64,000 nucleotides of DNA from Trichoplax adhaerens (taxonomy: Eukaryota > Animalia > Placozoa): contig NW_002060952.1 of the NCBI RefSeq assembly GCF_000150275.1, positions 2,165,128-2,229,127 of the forward strand, written 5' to 3'. Position 1 is the first letter of the stretch, and each line of letters begins with the position of its first letter. This document shows, one piece after another, positions 1-12,034 of the stretch. The notes under the pieces were generated by a model that worked only from the letters and a program-made list of their open reading frames with translations, did not search any database and was not told the DNA's origin. The translations under genes and the position numbers were made by a program.

Positions 1-325
1 TTGGTTACACGATGGCCAATAAGAGCATGAAGTCCATTTTATCAATAAAGTGGACTTGGTACTGTAGGCAATATTGCAGGCATATATTGGTGACATTATT
101 TTTGCTAGTGATGGTAATGCAAGCAATGAAACTATTAGCAATGCTAAAAGACATTGTAGAGTACTAGACGCATGACTAGCAAAAGTAATGTCTCTATTAA
201 ATGCCGACAGAAAAGAGCAATGAAGACAAGACTTGTACCGTGTACAGTCTAGCTACTGTGAATTGTACTGTAAGCACGAATCTGGCGCCAAATGTAGACC
301 AGGTGACCAAAGTCAGGAATTACAG

Positions 326-759
326 TACCAGATAGCAAAGTAGGTCCCGCCTCAGTACTCATTTCTTCTCTATCATCGACTAACTGACTTCTTCGTAGGC
401 CATGACTGTACAGTATCTGGTAATGTAGAACCTATACGGTCTATATTATATTAGTATATTAGTAGTACCAGATTCCAAAGTAGGTCCCGCCTCGTTACTC
501 ATTTCTTCTGCATCATCGACTACTTACTTATTTCTTGGTAGTCCATCACTCTATCTAGTAATGTAGAACCTATACGGTCTATATTATATTAGTATATTAG
601 TAGTACCAGATTCCAAAGTAGGTCCCGCCTCGTTACTCATTTCTTCTGCATCATCGACTACTTACTTATTTCTTCGTAGTCCATCACTCTATCTAGTAAT
701 GTATAACATATACGGTCTATATTATATTAGTATACTAGTACCAGATTCCAAAGTAGGTC
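326..759. repeat. Tandem repeat, ~135-140 bp unit, 3 copies plus a partial copy, ending at an N
   Basis: The unit start 'taccagat..caaagtaggtc' recurs at 326, 466, 604 and 739. The array stops at the N at 760, so it may be collapsed or truncated in the assembly. Confidence 0.9.
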
Positions 760-1924
760 NCATTATAAGGTATTATAATCTTGCTTGCTACACAGTAGTT
801 TAGCCAAGCTTCACATCAAAACTTAGAAGGTGAAGCAGTTTACTGCCTACTGTACCCAGTCAATAGGACATAACTATTCTCTGGGGGAAATTAAATGACG
901 TGAATTCATTGCTATGCGGGATTTTACATCCTTATAAAGCAATGCCCTCTAGTAAATACGATTGTAAATAGGGCTATATATAAAGTTGATTCTCCCTGAT
1001 GGGCTGGGATAGTTGGTTGCAAATCTCAACACTCCATATTTCGCTCCTTAATCACACTGTAATATCTCTTTATTGCTGGTAGGCGAAAGATGGAAAAAAT
1101 CATGCCATTGATCTAGATTGATAAACAATGAACGTTTACAAGAGTAAGCGCGATTCGGTAACACTATTTTACTACTTTGCAGCTCGGTAGCAAAATATGG
1201 AAAAAAAATAAATGATACCGTTAATTTGGATTGACAATCAGTACATCTTTACAAAAGCCACCGCCATACATGAATAGTACAGTTAGGTTTACAGTATTAC
1301 AAGTATATCCTTTAGATTAACAAACTAATATTCATGGTGACTGCTCGAAGCACTGTACCATGGACTAATAAAATAAAAGAAAATCTAGTGCTGCAGTCCA
1401 CGAGTGTACAGTAGTACAATACTCCTCACCAGGTCCATACAGTGCAAATACTACACTAATGTACAAGTTGTGGTAAATAATCCATTTACAATAGAAATTA
1501 GACAAATAAAAATGAAACTTACGACTTTCAGTTACAGTTAAATCTATTCGCAGACCGCGAAAACTATTCAATATTCTCCGTAAAAAATAGATAATCAACA
1601 GTCATAAATGGATCGATATACAAGTCGATTCTACTCTTTCAAAGTAATCATCAAACGACGTCGGATACACACTACTGTAAAACATATCCAACAAAGTCTC
1701 GTCCTATTCAAATTAATTTCTTCCAGGCTTTAATTCATCATATACGATAATCGATAACTTTATATTTTTAGTTTAACATTTCGATGTTTACTTCTGTATC
1801 ATAAAAATAAATCTGCTGAAGATAAGAACACATGCTCAAGATAAAATCAATTGCGATACCGTCAATAAAAACGATACCATAGGTAAAATCGATAACGCGG
1901 TACCACAATCAAAGTCGAGAAAAT

Positions 1925-4900
1925 TTATGGCTCAATTAGAGCTTCATATCCACTCCCCTTGTCCCTATTTTTATACAGAACGTAATGCTGAAATATAAAA
2001 AGAATATCGAAGCAAACAGAAAATAATCCTAATCCAAATTTTGTTGGATCTCCAAAGATTGATCCCCAATCATCTAAATTTAAGAGTAACAAATAAAATG
2101 AAAGCAAAAATCAATCATCACTATTTTGCAACAATGAATTTTAATTTTAAATGGTAAATATAGAAAAATGAAGCAAACAATTTCTGTTGTACCGTACCAC
2201 TGTTGTAGGCCAATAAAAACATCTGCAGTAAACTAAAGCTACCGCCAGTAAAGTCCAATAAGACATTTCCAATACTCCATCCAACCGTACTTTTACGCCT
2301 GTAATTCATGTAGGCCTAAAGGATGATTAATACTAGTCAGACCAAGTAGTAATTAATGCACATACCAAGTCAAGTGCTCTCAACTTATTTGCATACAAAC
2401 CTGAGGCACGTATTTAATCAGGGTTATTCCTAACTTTACATATGACAAAAAGTATAGATAAGTTAACCAGCTAAGCTTGCCAGCAATAGCTACGATCAAG
2501 GATATAATAGCAAATAGCCACGATCCAGAGACAAGGGCAGTCGCTGTCCAAGAAAGTTTTTGGTCACCACGCTACAAGAATGGATAGTAATAAAATAAAA
2601 TTGCCTCAAAAAGAAAATTAACGGAAACAGGGACAAATGTAAAATAAATAGTAACCTCGTAAATAAAACACTGAAATATCGTGAAACCGGTAATTACGGC
2701 AGCGTGGATAGCGAAGAAAACATCATTTCCTCGAACTGGAATTATACCGTAAGGGTGCAATTTCTCGTATTCCATCTATGATAGAATTATTTCATGATTA
2801 TAAATTTGTAATTTCAATCAAGGCGAGTTTCAATATGTCATTCACCAGTATTTTTCCTACCTTAATTTCGTCTACCCAGAATATGCCAATGTTGAAAATA
2901 GAATAGGCAATAAACCCGGTAATATTCAACGCAAGATAGTCGAAATTTAATCCAATCACACTATCAATCAAACATTGTTAATGCTACTTTATTAGATTGT
3001 AAATACTTGTATCGCATACTTTCACGGTAAGATAGCGATAAATTTAATATCTGTAGCTAATATCAACAGCATTGTACCTTTTCCTCCTCCAGTTCTCGTA
3101 AACCTACATTAAGAAAGTATTTGACGTAAAATAGTTAATATATCTAAAATTTACATCACCAAGGGGTAAGTAGTACTAATTTCATCTAAATGCCTAGCAC
3201 AGCGAAAATTATCTATAGAAATAAGGTACTATATAATCGACAGTGTGACAAGAAGACGTTTAACCTGAGGATAGAACGAAATTGTCCACGCGGCAAAGTA
3301 AATCCAGCCAATGACTGCGTTAATTGTTACCAAAGCTAAGGAATGTACGATGTGGACTTTGATAAAGGCACGACTTACGCTATTATGACAATAGTTATAT
3401 TAGTACTTACAACTAAGCTATACTAGTAAGACACAAAATTTTGGTCAATATCCTCTATCACTTCAATATTTCGTAACCTTCTGTAAATATAGAAGCAGCC
3501 TTACTTAACAATTTCGTCTGAAGTTGTGTTCATAACAATTTCTGTTTCTCCGGGTCCGACAGCGGAAATGGAAAAATTAACCCTGCTGCAATCACCAGAT
3601 AATATTTTCACCTGAAATGATCAATAGTAGAGTTAAAAATCGTAGCATGATAACGTCATAATATCTCAAAAATTTAAGCTCAATTGCTGCATCGTAAGTC
3701 ATAAAATACTTCTTGCTCACCTGATCATCAGAACTGGATACTATACCATCGTTCCGACTGTAAAGATTAATAGTAGCATCGGTAGCTAACTGCGAACTAA
3801 AAGTTAAAATAATAAAGGTAACCGTGATCATTAGAGCCGTTATCGAAAAATACTTTCTACTGCAAGTTATAATGACGTAGAACGAAGAAGAATTTTACAG
3901 CTGCCTACGTTGATTTCGAACAAGGCATGATAAGTTTCGAAGTATGTCATAGGTAACATTTAAAACTCCCAATATTTTATTAATAGTACTATAACTTCTT
4001 TTAGATAAGTTAGCAACTCCCAATATTTTATTAACAGTAGTATAACTTCTTTTAGATAAGTTAAACATCTTGTAGCATATCTACGTAGCCAAGGTGGCGA
4101 AATACTATTTGACACTATCAGAATCAAATTATTTACACAGTTAAGTACTAAGTCTTAATCAAGATAAACTTTGACTTCTATCGTCGTATACGACATACAG
4201 TGCAGTTCGTATGCCTAACACGAAACAGTTTACTACAGATTTCATAGTTAATGATTGCTAACCGAAAATTGAAAAAAAGTAGCTAGCGTGTAGCAGAGTA
4301 AATTCATAATATTACCTATTTCAAATACGAGAGATATAAATGTATAATTTTACGGAAATGACTACAAAAAACCTAATCAATATCACATAGTTATCTATAT
4401 ACAATTAAATGTAAATACCCTAACATTTCCTTAAATGAATAAATTCGTATCCATCAAGTTAAATCGCCTACCTTGGCTTTATGAATGCTATAGATTTTGT
4501 ATGCAGCTGAAGTGTTTGAGCTGGACTAGTAGTAATGGTAACATTTCTCTTTCGATCTATAGCGATAACCAAATGAAATACAGTCAACCACTAGGCTAAG
4601 ATTAACTATATGCTGTACCTAACTTATGCCGCTTAATTATAATCCACATATTTGTAACCAAGGCAAGTAATTGTTTACCGACAGTCAAAGTTTTACGTAA
4701 TTTACTGTGGTAATGCGACTACGCACTCACAACTAATATACGTCTATGTACACGGTGGAGTTTAAAGTAGGCTTAAAGACTTCTCTAACTATTAACTTAT
4801 TAAAAGATTTTATAAATCTATCAGTAAACTCTTAAAGTAATAAATACGTACCTGTGCTGTTCGAATCAAAATCGATGTCGATAAATTGCGTCTCAGCAAG

Positions 4901-4969
4901 AGTGATCGTGGTCAAACAAGACCATAAACCTACTATATACAAGGTAATTAAAATAGATCTTGCAGCCAT
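1925..4969 (-). CDS. CTNS: Cystinosin (lysosomal cystine/H+ exporter, PQ-loop family), multi-exon
   Basis: Spliced GT-AG exons: signal-peptide exon [25 protein letters not shown] (4852-4969); luminal exons near 3721-3797 and 3507-3611; [16 protein letters not shown] (PQ loop 1, ~3265-3380); VYENWRRKS; [16 protein letters not shown]; NDVFFAIHA; LIKYVPQ (PQ loop 2); [25 protein letters not shown]; final exon [16 protein letters not shown]...[13 protein letters not shown] corresponds to the GYDQL lysosomal sorting motif. One or two luminal exons between 3800 and 4850 are unresolved. Confidence 0.95.
3964..4063. repeat. Short tandem duplication (~51 bp x2) in a CTNS intron
   Basis: 'aactcccaatattttattaa.agta.tataacttcttttagataagtta' occurs twice in succession. 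Confidence 0.85.
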
Positions 4970-7269
4970 ACCCTTTTCTCTTTAGAATTCTAGAAGGTAA
5001 TAAATTCATTTCAGTTCATGTATTGCATAATTTCGTTAGTTTGATTGATAATATTGCCCAGTATTAGAGTATCGATTTGTTAAGTTGATATAGATTGTAA
5101 AATGGCTACAGCGCCGCATAACTCAAGAAAGGTGATCTTAGTTGTAATAATATCATCATTGTCGTGCATCGCTATACAGGATACACTCGTTTTACTTCTA
5201 TGCTACTGTATATGATTATGTATTACGAATCAATAGTGATATGAGGCAGTCAAAATACCGAATCATTCTTTCCAATCAACCTACATGTACGGTTATAACA
5301 AGGTATAACTCTCAAGATAATTTTCATTCATTATATTAACTTTACTTAGTATGTACTGTATTGTTAACACCCTCATAAGTAGATATTAATGCTAAACTGT
5401 ACACTTTGTAACAAGATTAAGAAGAAACTGAGAGATCGATCGCAGCTAAATCCTAGACCAATCCGTAACTGTTTTGAGATTCATTTTTTACCACCAAGAC
5501 CTGACACTTACAACTGACACAAAATCGATAACCTTTATACAGTACTAAGCGTCAATAGATTTAAAATTATCGTAGTAAATTTGTAGCTCGATCTAGTGCA
5601 AGAATATAACATCTAGAATCTTAACGAATATATATTTTCAAGGTGTACTATTGATGCCAGCCAATCTTAAAACATACAATTATACCATGAATTATTACTC
5701 GTATTTAGCTTGTAATGATTCTTAGGCAGAATTTTCAAGTAGGATATAATATAATTTAAGTGTTCCAATTTCACTTCAAAGGGATACAGCTACTGCTACA
5801 AAGGCTTCGTTACATATGAATTAGAGTACTACTTCAGCCGGTCAGATTTAACGTTACTTCTAGTCATGTCTTTAGATTAATTAAACTAATCGATCAGTGT
5901 TTGTAAACTTTGTTTATTAAGTAAGGAATAGGTTAAACAATTTACATTTACTAATGAACTAGGTCGAATTATCTCCGGACTTATTGGTACTTGTAATGAA
6001 ATTATTGATGTATCTCATTGATGAAGGGTATCGAGCAATGCTGGATAGACGATCAGGGCTGAAATATTATGAAATAAAATGTGTGAGAATTGATTGTTCC
6101 ATAGGGTGTGAACGATCATCTAGCAATGAAAGAAGAGAATTAACACTTTCAGTTCATTGACTAGTTCGTTTAGCTTCAATATGTGTACATGAGGGTATTT
6201 AATATATTGATGCTTCTATGTGTAGCTTCGGAAGTGGTTTCTTTACCAGCATTCTAGTACTTTTGACGTCGGGTGCATGTTTTGGTGCGGCTTGTCTGTA
6301 GCGTGATCCTTTTGCAAAACTCTGTTTCCTACTCTCTTTAAAACAGTTGATATAATCAGCAGACGCAACGCCAATGAGGAATAATTAGGGATGATCTCCA
6401 TTCTGCACTCCTGTCAGTTTATACAGCAATTGCTGCTGTAGCTGTATGTTAAACTCATACCAGGTAAACGATATCGACTATAGTAGACTTTTTCAAGGAC
6501 GACTGACAAAAAGAGAGAGAATCATTTTTTTCCAGTACTGCAGTCCCAGACAGTGTCAGAGTATGAATTTATCACATTTTTTTTGTTTTGCGTCACTAGT
6601 GTATATGTTATAGTATAGATAAAGAAGAAACGAAGACAGCCCCTGAAATAGACAATATTGTAGTCCGTTTGTACAGTAGTCTACACCAACTATCGTTTGG
6701 ACGTCAATATCTAGTGCGATCACTGCATTCAAGACAACTTTACCTATTTCAGCAAAGAAAGACAATATCACTTACCAATACAGTAAGAATAATTTTAAAT
6801 TACTACGGCCACGAAGACTTAACCCAACATTATCGAAGAACCCAGACGAGGGAGGAACTGATTGACCAACTGGAATTTAGTTCCAACATCGATCGAATCG
6901 TCAAAACGATCGCCACCCAGACGATGGTACCGTGCAGGACTACAGTACAGGACTGTACTGTAGTCCGTACACTAGCACCCAGTACAGTACTGCACACTCT
7001 GGTGAAATATTACAAAGTCATCCTTACGTGGCCAATCCTGGCTGATGTTGACTACAGTCCTTAGTACTGAGTGTCTAGTACTGTAAGGTACAGTACTAGA
7101 CTGACGAATGGCGAGTAAAATCGCGAGGCTGAGTCTCGTGACTTTGGCCTGAGCCCCATTATGGGATTTGAGGGCAGTTGTAAAACAGACCACTCCAGTA
7201 CGGTACAGTACTGTACAGTGTACAGTACATGGGTACTCCGGTATGTACTGTACATTGTAGACCTAATCT

Positions 7270-8100
7270 ACAAGACAACGCCATTCACTTCGATGGCAAG
7301 ATGGAGTCGAAAATTGAAAGTTACAATTTATGAAAGACTCCTGTTCAAAATCGATATGTACAGGGGCATACTTTGGGCTTGATTTAGCCTCGACAGCTTA
7401 TTTTCCTTAGTGCCAACCAAGTTAATCGCGCTGTACAGTACAGGGTATACTGGACTGCACCTGTAGTCGGTTCGTCTTGTTTACCAGATAGGCATCGATG
7501 TGCTCTGCTTCAACACCAATATCACTCCCCAATCCCCATGCTTCCTTGGAACTGACGGCCCTGCTTTCCATATTAAGTCATAACCTGTAAAATTACTAGC
7601 CATAAATCATTTGTTGGAGAAATTAAGATATCGAAGGCATATACAGTAGGGTTGTCGCTATACTACCGTCGTAGAAGAATAATATCCACTCCAGCTTTCA
7701 TGAGATACCTGAATGAACGCCCCTCCATAAATAACCGATACCTAGTAATTTTAGTTAGTCGCTGAAGGTAGATATTGAAGACAGGCATTAAACCTAGCCA
7801 AACCGAACTATGGGCAGGTCTGACTCTCCAAAGGATGACTATAAATGAAGATCCTGGAGGTCTAATAGCCTCTAGAACATACTGCTAACGTCTAATATAG
7901 TGTAGTGTCGCCTAATGGATCGCAATCCAACGCCAATGCGATATCTTGTTATAGTGTATTGTGAATGAAAATTACTTAAAACCTACTCCGACACGTAGCA
8001 AACCCTAGCAAACCACTTTCACAGTCTACACTCACGATTATACTAGGAAATGATCTTAAAATCCATTTTTAACTCTGATAGAAGATAGCAACCTTGCCTT
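7270..8100 (-). pseudogene. Probable degenerate DEAD-box RNA helicase pseudogene (N-terminal RecA-like domain remnants)
   Basis: Minus-strand fragments in DEAD-box order: LLSSIRVKNGF*DHFLV* (Q-motif-like, ~8037-8095); IALALDCDPLG (~7910-7945); VSVIYGGAFIQ / KAGVDII (GG doublet and pre-motif Ib, 7667-7741); MESRAVSSKEAWGLGSDIGVEAEHIDAYL (motif II region without EAD, 7486-7571); F..ILPSK*MALS (motif III-like, ~7275-7320). There are several stops and frameshifts, and residual splice sites. Confidence 0.45.
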
Positions 8101-8749
8101 TCATATCGGTATTGAATAGAATAGAATAGAAAATTATACAGTACGGTGAATTTTAAATCAGCCCTTCTTCAAGTACCCAGATTGAATTAGGATTATTACC
8201 GGCATATCAACATAGACTACCTCCCCCACTCTAAAATCATTGACAACATTTCCTTACTTTGGAGTGCAAAAACTTTAAAGTTTACACGTTAACCGGTATT
8301 GAAAATATATTATCAAACGATCATGTCAATAATTAAAATTTTAATCAACTGTGCTTTCTGATGAAATCAGAACTTGAAGATACGCGTATATTCGTCATAT
8401 GAGCTGGAGATACCATCATATAAGACAGAACTTGCATGCCCATTGCTATCTAGATTATGATGATATACACAATACACACACCTGGTTTCATCATAATTAC
8501 TTATTAATTATCACTATATCTATGCAAATGGTGTATAGCCGAAGGCGTGTTAATTTATGGTATTCGTACGTTGATAACGACAGATTATTTCATGATATAT
8601 ATAATTATAATTAAATCCATCCAGGTTGGACATCCAAATATTGAATTTAAATAATTACATATAAACTAGAATAAAAATTCCTAGAAATGATGAAGTTAAC
8701 TATCGCACAGTCTAAAGTTTACAATCAATCATCACAATTTACGAGATAG

Positions 8750-9292
8750 TTATATCTTGCCAGGCGTGCTTCTGTACTTTTGAGCAAGGCGCTCACGACG
8801 TGCTTTCCGATCAAAATTACGTAATTCAGCGTTATGTTGGCGCCTTGCTAATTCACTTTCATGTCTCTCATTCTCATAAAACCACATCTTGCGATAGCTA
8901 TTGCGGCAACAACAACAATATAATCCACACGTTAGAACAATGATGAGGATACTGCTGGCGATTGGAACAAGAATAATTAACGTTAATCCATTAATACTGC
9001 ATTGACCAATTTGCCAATTGTTATTATTGCATTGCCACTGAGGTGGTAGAAAATTAGTTATACTGGTTCCACGATATTTCCAACAAACCCTGTTTGAGTT
9101 GCAAAAAAAACAATGAAAAGTTTGTACACAATCAACGCAAGAACCGTTACTGGCAAAACAATCCTTATCCGTAATCCTAGTTGCTCTTTTCGCTTTAGCC
9201 AAGCTACTAAGAGAATGACAAGTAATCATCGGCATTAATACTGCCGATGTTATAAATATGAACAGATAGATTGATCGTAGAGATAGCCACAT
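8750..9292 (-). CDS. PTTG1IP: PTTG1IP-like PSI-domain single-pass membrane protein (paralog 1), intronless CDS
   Basis: Signal peptide; PSI-type cysteine pattern (CFASNGSCVDCVQTFHCFFCNSNRVC...C...GQC); TM helix followed by a CCCC cluster; basic coiled-coil tail ending ...LAQKYRS. Confidence 0.88.
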   Translation of the reverse strand: MWLSLRSIYLFIFITSAVLMPMITCHSLSSLAKAKRATRITDKDCFASNGSCVDCVQTFHCFFCNSNRVCWKYRGTSITNFLPPQWQCNNNNWQIGQCSINGLTLIILVPIASSILIIVLTCGLYCCCCRNSYRKMWFYENERHESELARRQHNAELRNFDRKARRERLAQKYRSTPGKI

Positions 9293-11611
9293 GTTTGATT
9301 GCCGGATCGATGCTTAAAATGGGCTGCTTTGGTAATTTGAGTAGATAATAATACTTGCTATATTCTAACTGTTATCATCTTTCTATTAATTGACTTGGTT
9401 GAATCGATATCAAGCAATAGTTTAAGCAACTTCAAGAAATACTCGTATTTTATAACCGCTTCGCTCTTATCTTTCTTACCGTCTTTAGGTTCAACGATTT
9501 TCACTGATTTACTATATGGATATGCTCTACTTAAGTATCAGGATGCATTGATCTCCAACAATATGGTAAAAACGGCATTAAACAAAAGAAAATGATGGAA
9601 TTATTGTAGATTGATTGGCTAGATCTCTAATTCAATTTCTTTAACAAAACTGTCGGTCTCGGCTAATTTTACATGTTGATGTAATTTATTTGTCCAATTG
9701 AAAGTTCGAATTTACGTTACAGTTTAAAATTATTTCAATTACCTAGTAATATGGTAGTACTATTCAGCAGTTCATGTTTATATAAGTTAGTTGATACTTT
9801 TAGGCGAAGTAGCATATTTGTTACATTATCTCTACTATAAATCCTCTAACAGCAGCTGCTCATATGCAATCCTATAGGTTGGCTCAGAAAATTCTTTGAA
9901 ATAACTTAGCAAAGTTACCATTGGATATCTGACTTCTAATTTCACTCTTTCCTGTGCGATGGCAAAATATTCATGATGAGCATATTGTAGTATCGTCACG
10001 AACTTGACTGTTTTAAACAAAACATATTAAATTAACTGTTTTAGTCGAAGAAATGGTTTATAAAGTAGTTTCAGATTAACACAAACACCTATTACAAATT
10101 TAGGTTTAATTAATCAGCAAATAATTTTATTAAACACATGTGATTGACATAAAAAAAAGGCAATAGCATAATATTAGGAATAAACAAGCTTTAAGAGCCA
10201 TCATGATTTCAGCCAGGAACAGTAGTTATATGATAGCGAATACACAGGTAGTATGCAGTGTAGAACTACGTATAAATGTCTGAATAAAGTAAGTGTTGAT
10301 TGTAAGATTAAAAATCTACCCACTACAAGCGGCACCAAGCTGTAATACTTTGGATAGACCATTGAACTTTTAAGCCATCTCAATCATCTTTACTAGCAGA
10401 GTTAAGCATTCCTACATGATACTACATTAGCCAAATTAGCGTGATAGAAAACGTCATAAAAATGACTGCATGTTCATAATGATATTGTGGTTAAGCTATG
10501 TCACATTGCTATTACTAAATCATCCGATTTTGTGTATTTTTCAAAGTATCTATTTATTAAAACCAATAACCAGGCCCATACTCATCATCAGCTATCCGAT
10601 TAAAATCCAATTATCAGATGCATAAAATATTATAGCAGAAATACTTTGATTTAGAGAGAAAACGAGAGATAAGAACTTTCAAGGCACCGTTAAACGATTC
10701 TATATTGTGATTTATATTTGTTATATAACTTATACCGTGCACGTAAAATGGATATTTATAACATCATTATTTACATGAGTTTAGAATGAATAGATTAATG
10801 CCATTACCTCGACAGTAAAAGCCTTACAAGATGCTTCCAGTCTACATCATTATTCAAAAGATTTAAATCATTAACAGCGAATTGATCATAAACAAATGCA
10901 AACGAACTGAAGTAATATTTTGGAGTAACTTATCTGCAAACCTAAAGACCCAATGTAACGCTAAGGATAAAGAGAGCATGAATATAACAAGGGATAAAAT
11001 ATTCAATTTAGATTGAGATTAAAATTGTAAAATCCGAAGCTTCTGTATTTTTAAATTAAGATTTATTCCAAATTTGATGATAAACTATAAATTGACAAAA
11101 AGAAAGCAATAACAACTGATTCGAAATCACGGGAATTCTCTCAGCTACATCATTGCATGCATATTACAATGACACGCTATCATTATATTATAGATTTACA
11201 GAGAACTTATCCTATATACGTTCATGTTAGACCTTAAGCATGCTTTACGAAAGCGAGATGATTACTGCATATGCTATGATTTAGATTATTTCTTAAGATA
11301 AACAAGTATCATTACTAAAAACCGCTAATTCGCAATGAAGTTAGCTCAATTCTTCCACAAAAATGTTAGCGTCCATTTTAAATTAATTAGTAATTTATAT
11401 TAGCCCTTAGCATACGTTTAGCAAATTAATGACTAACCATTACCAGATTTGCTTCGACGATATTGAAAGCAAATATGTCGCAGAAGAATTACAATACGCG
11501 AAAGCAATGCAGTTGCTAAAATTACTGTATCGCAAAAAAAATTGGTGCATCTTGATGCCTCCGGCTGAACTACCATTATTATTGTAATTATTTCTGACAT
11601 GTATACATGAA

Positions 11612-12034
11612 TTAATACTTCTCAACCCTACCATATTTATTTTTAATTTTACTGATTAACTTTTGACGAGAATATTGTACTGAAACTGGCATATAGCCTC
11701 TCTTTCGACGATAGTTAAAGATTTTAAATCGAGTATTTTGATCTCTATTGTAGTAATAAAAGCATATAGTGCCAAGTAATATCAATGATATTATAGTCAC
11801 ACAAGGCAAAGTAATAACAAATATCTTCCTAGGAAGGAGACATTGTCCAGTATACCATCCTAAATTGTCGCATACTTTATCTGGTAAACTCCATAAAGTT
11901 GTATTAACAGGAAGATGAAGGCAAATCGAAGTAGATTGGCAAAAATAGCAATAATTCAATGTTGTACACTGATGACAAGAATGATTAAATGCTTGACATG
12001 GTATTCCTTGATTTTTATTTATCTGATTACCCAT
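11612..12034 (-). CDS. PTTG1IP: Divergent PTTG1IP-like PSI-domain membrane protein (paralog 2), no evident signal peptide
   Basis: CQAFNHSCHQCTTLNYCYFCQSTSIC...LPDKVC...WYTGQC; TM helix IFVITLPCVTIISLILLGTICFYYY; basic tail ending KIKNKYG. Confidence 0.75.
   Translation of the reverse strand: MGNQINKNQGIPCQAFNHSCHQCTTLNYCYFCQSTSICLHLPVNTTLWSLPDKVCDNLGWYTGQCLLPRKIFVITLPCVTIISLILLGTICFYYYNRDQNTRFKIFNYRRKRGYMPVSVQYSRQKLISKIKNKYGRVEKY

Noticed and set aside
7133-7142. CLEAR-like GTCTCGTGAC upstream of CTNS (also TCATGTGA at 26296-26303)
   Set aside because: The first has a mismatch inside the E-box core, and isolated 8-mers are expected by chance. This is insufficient evidence for TFEB/MITF regulation.
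6556-7382. Overlapping ORFs of 64-131 aa (e.g. 6669-7064 +)
   Set aside because: They are dominated by TVQYCTV-type translations of the TACAGTA motif cluster and show no family signature.
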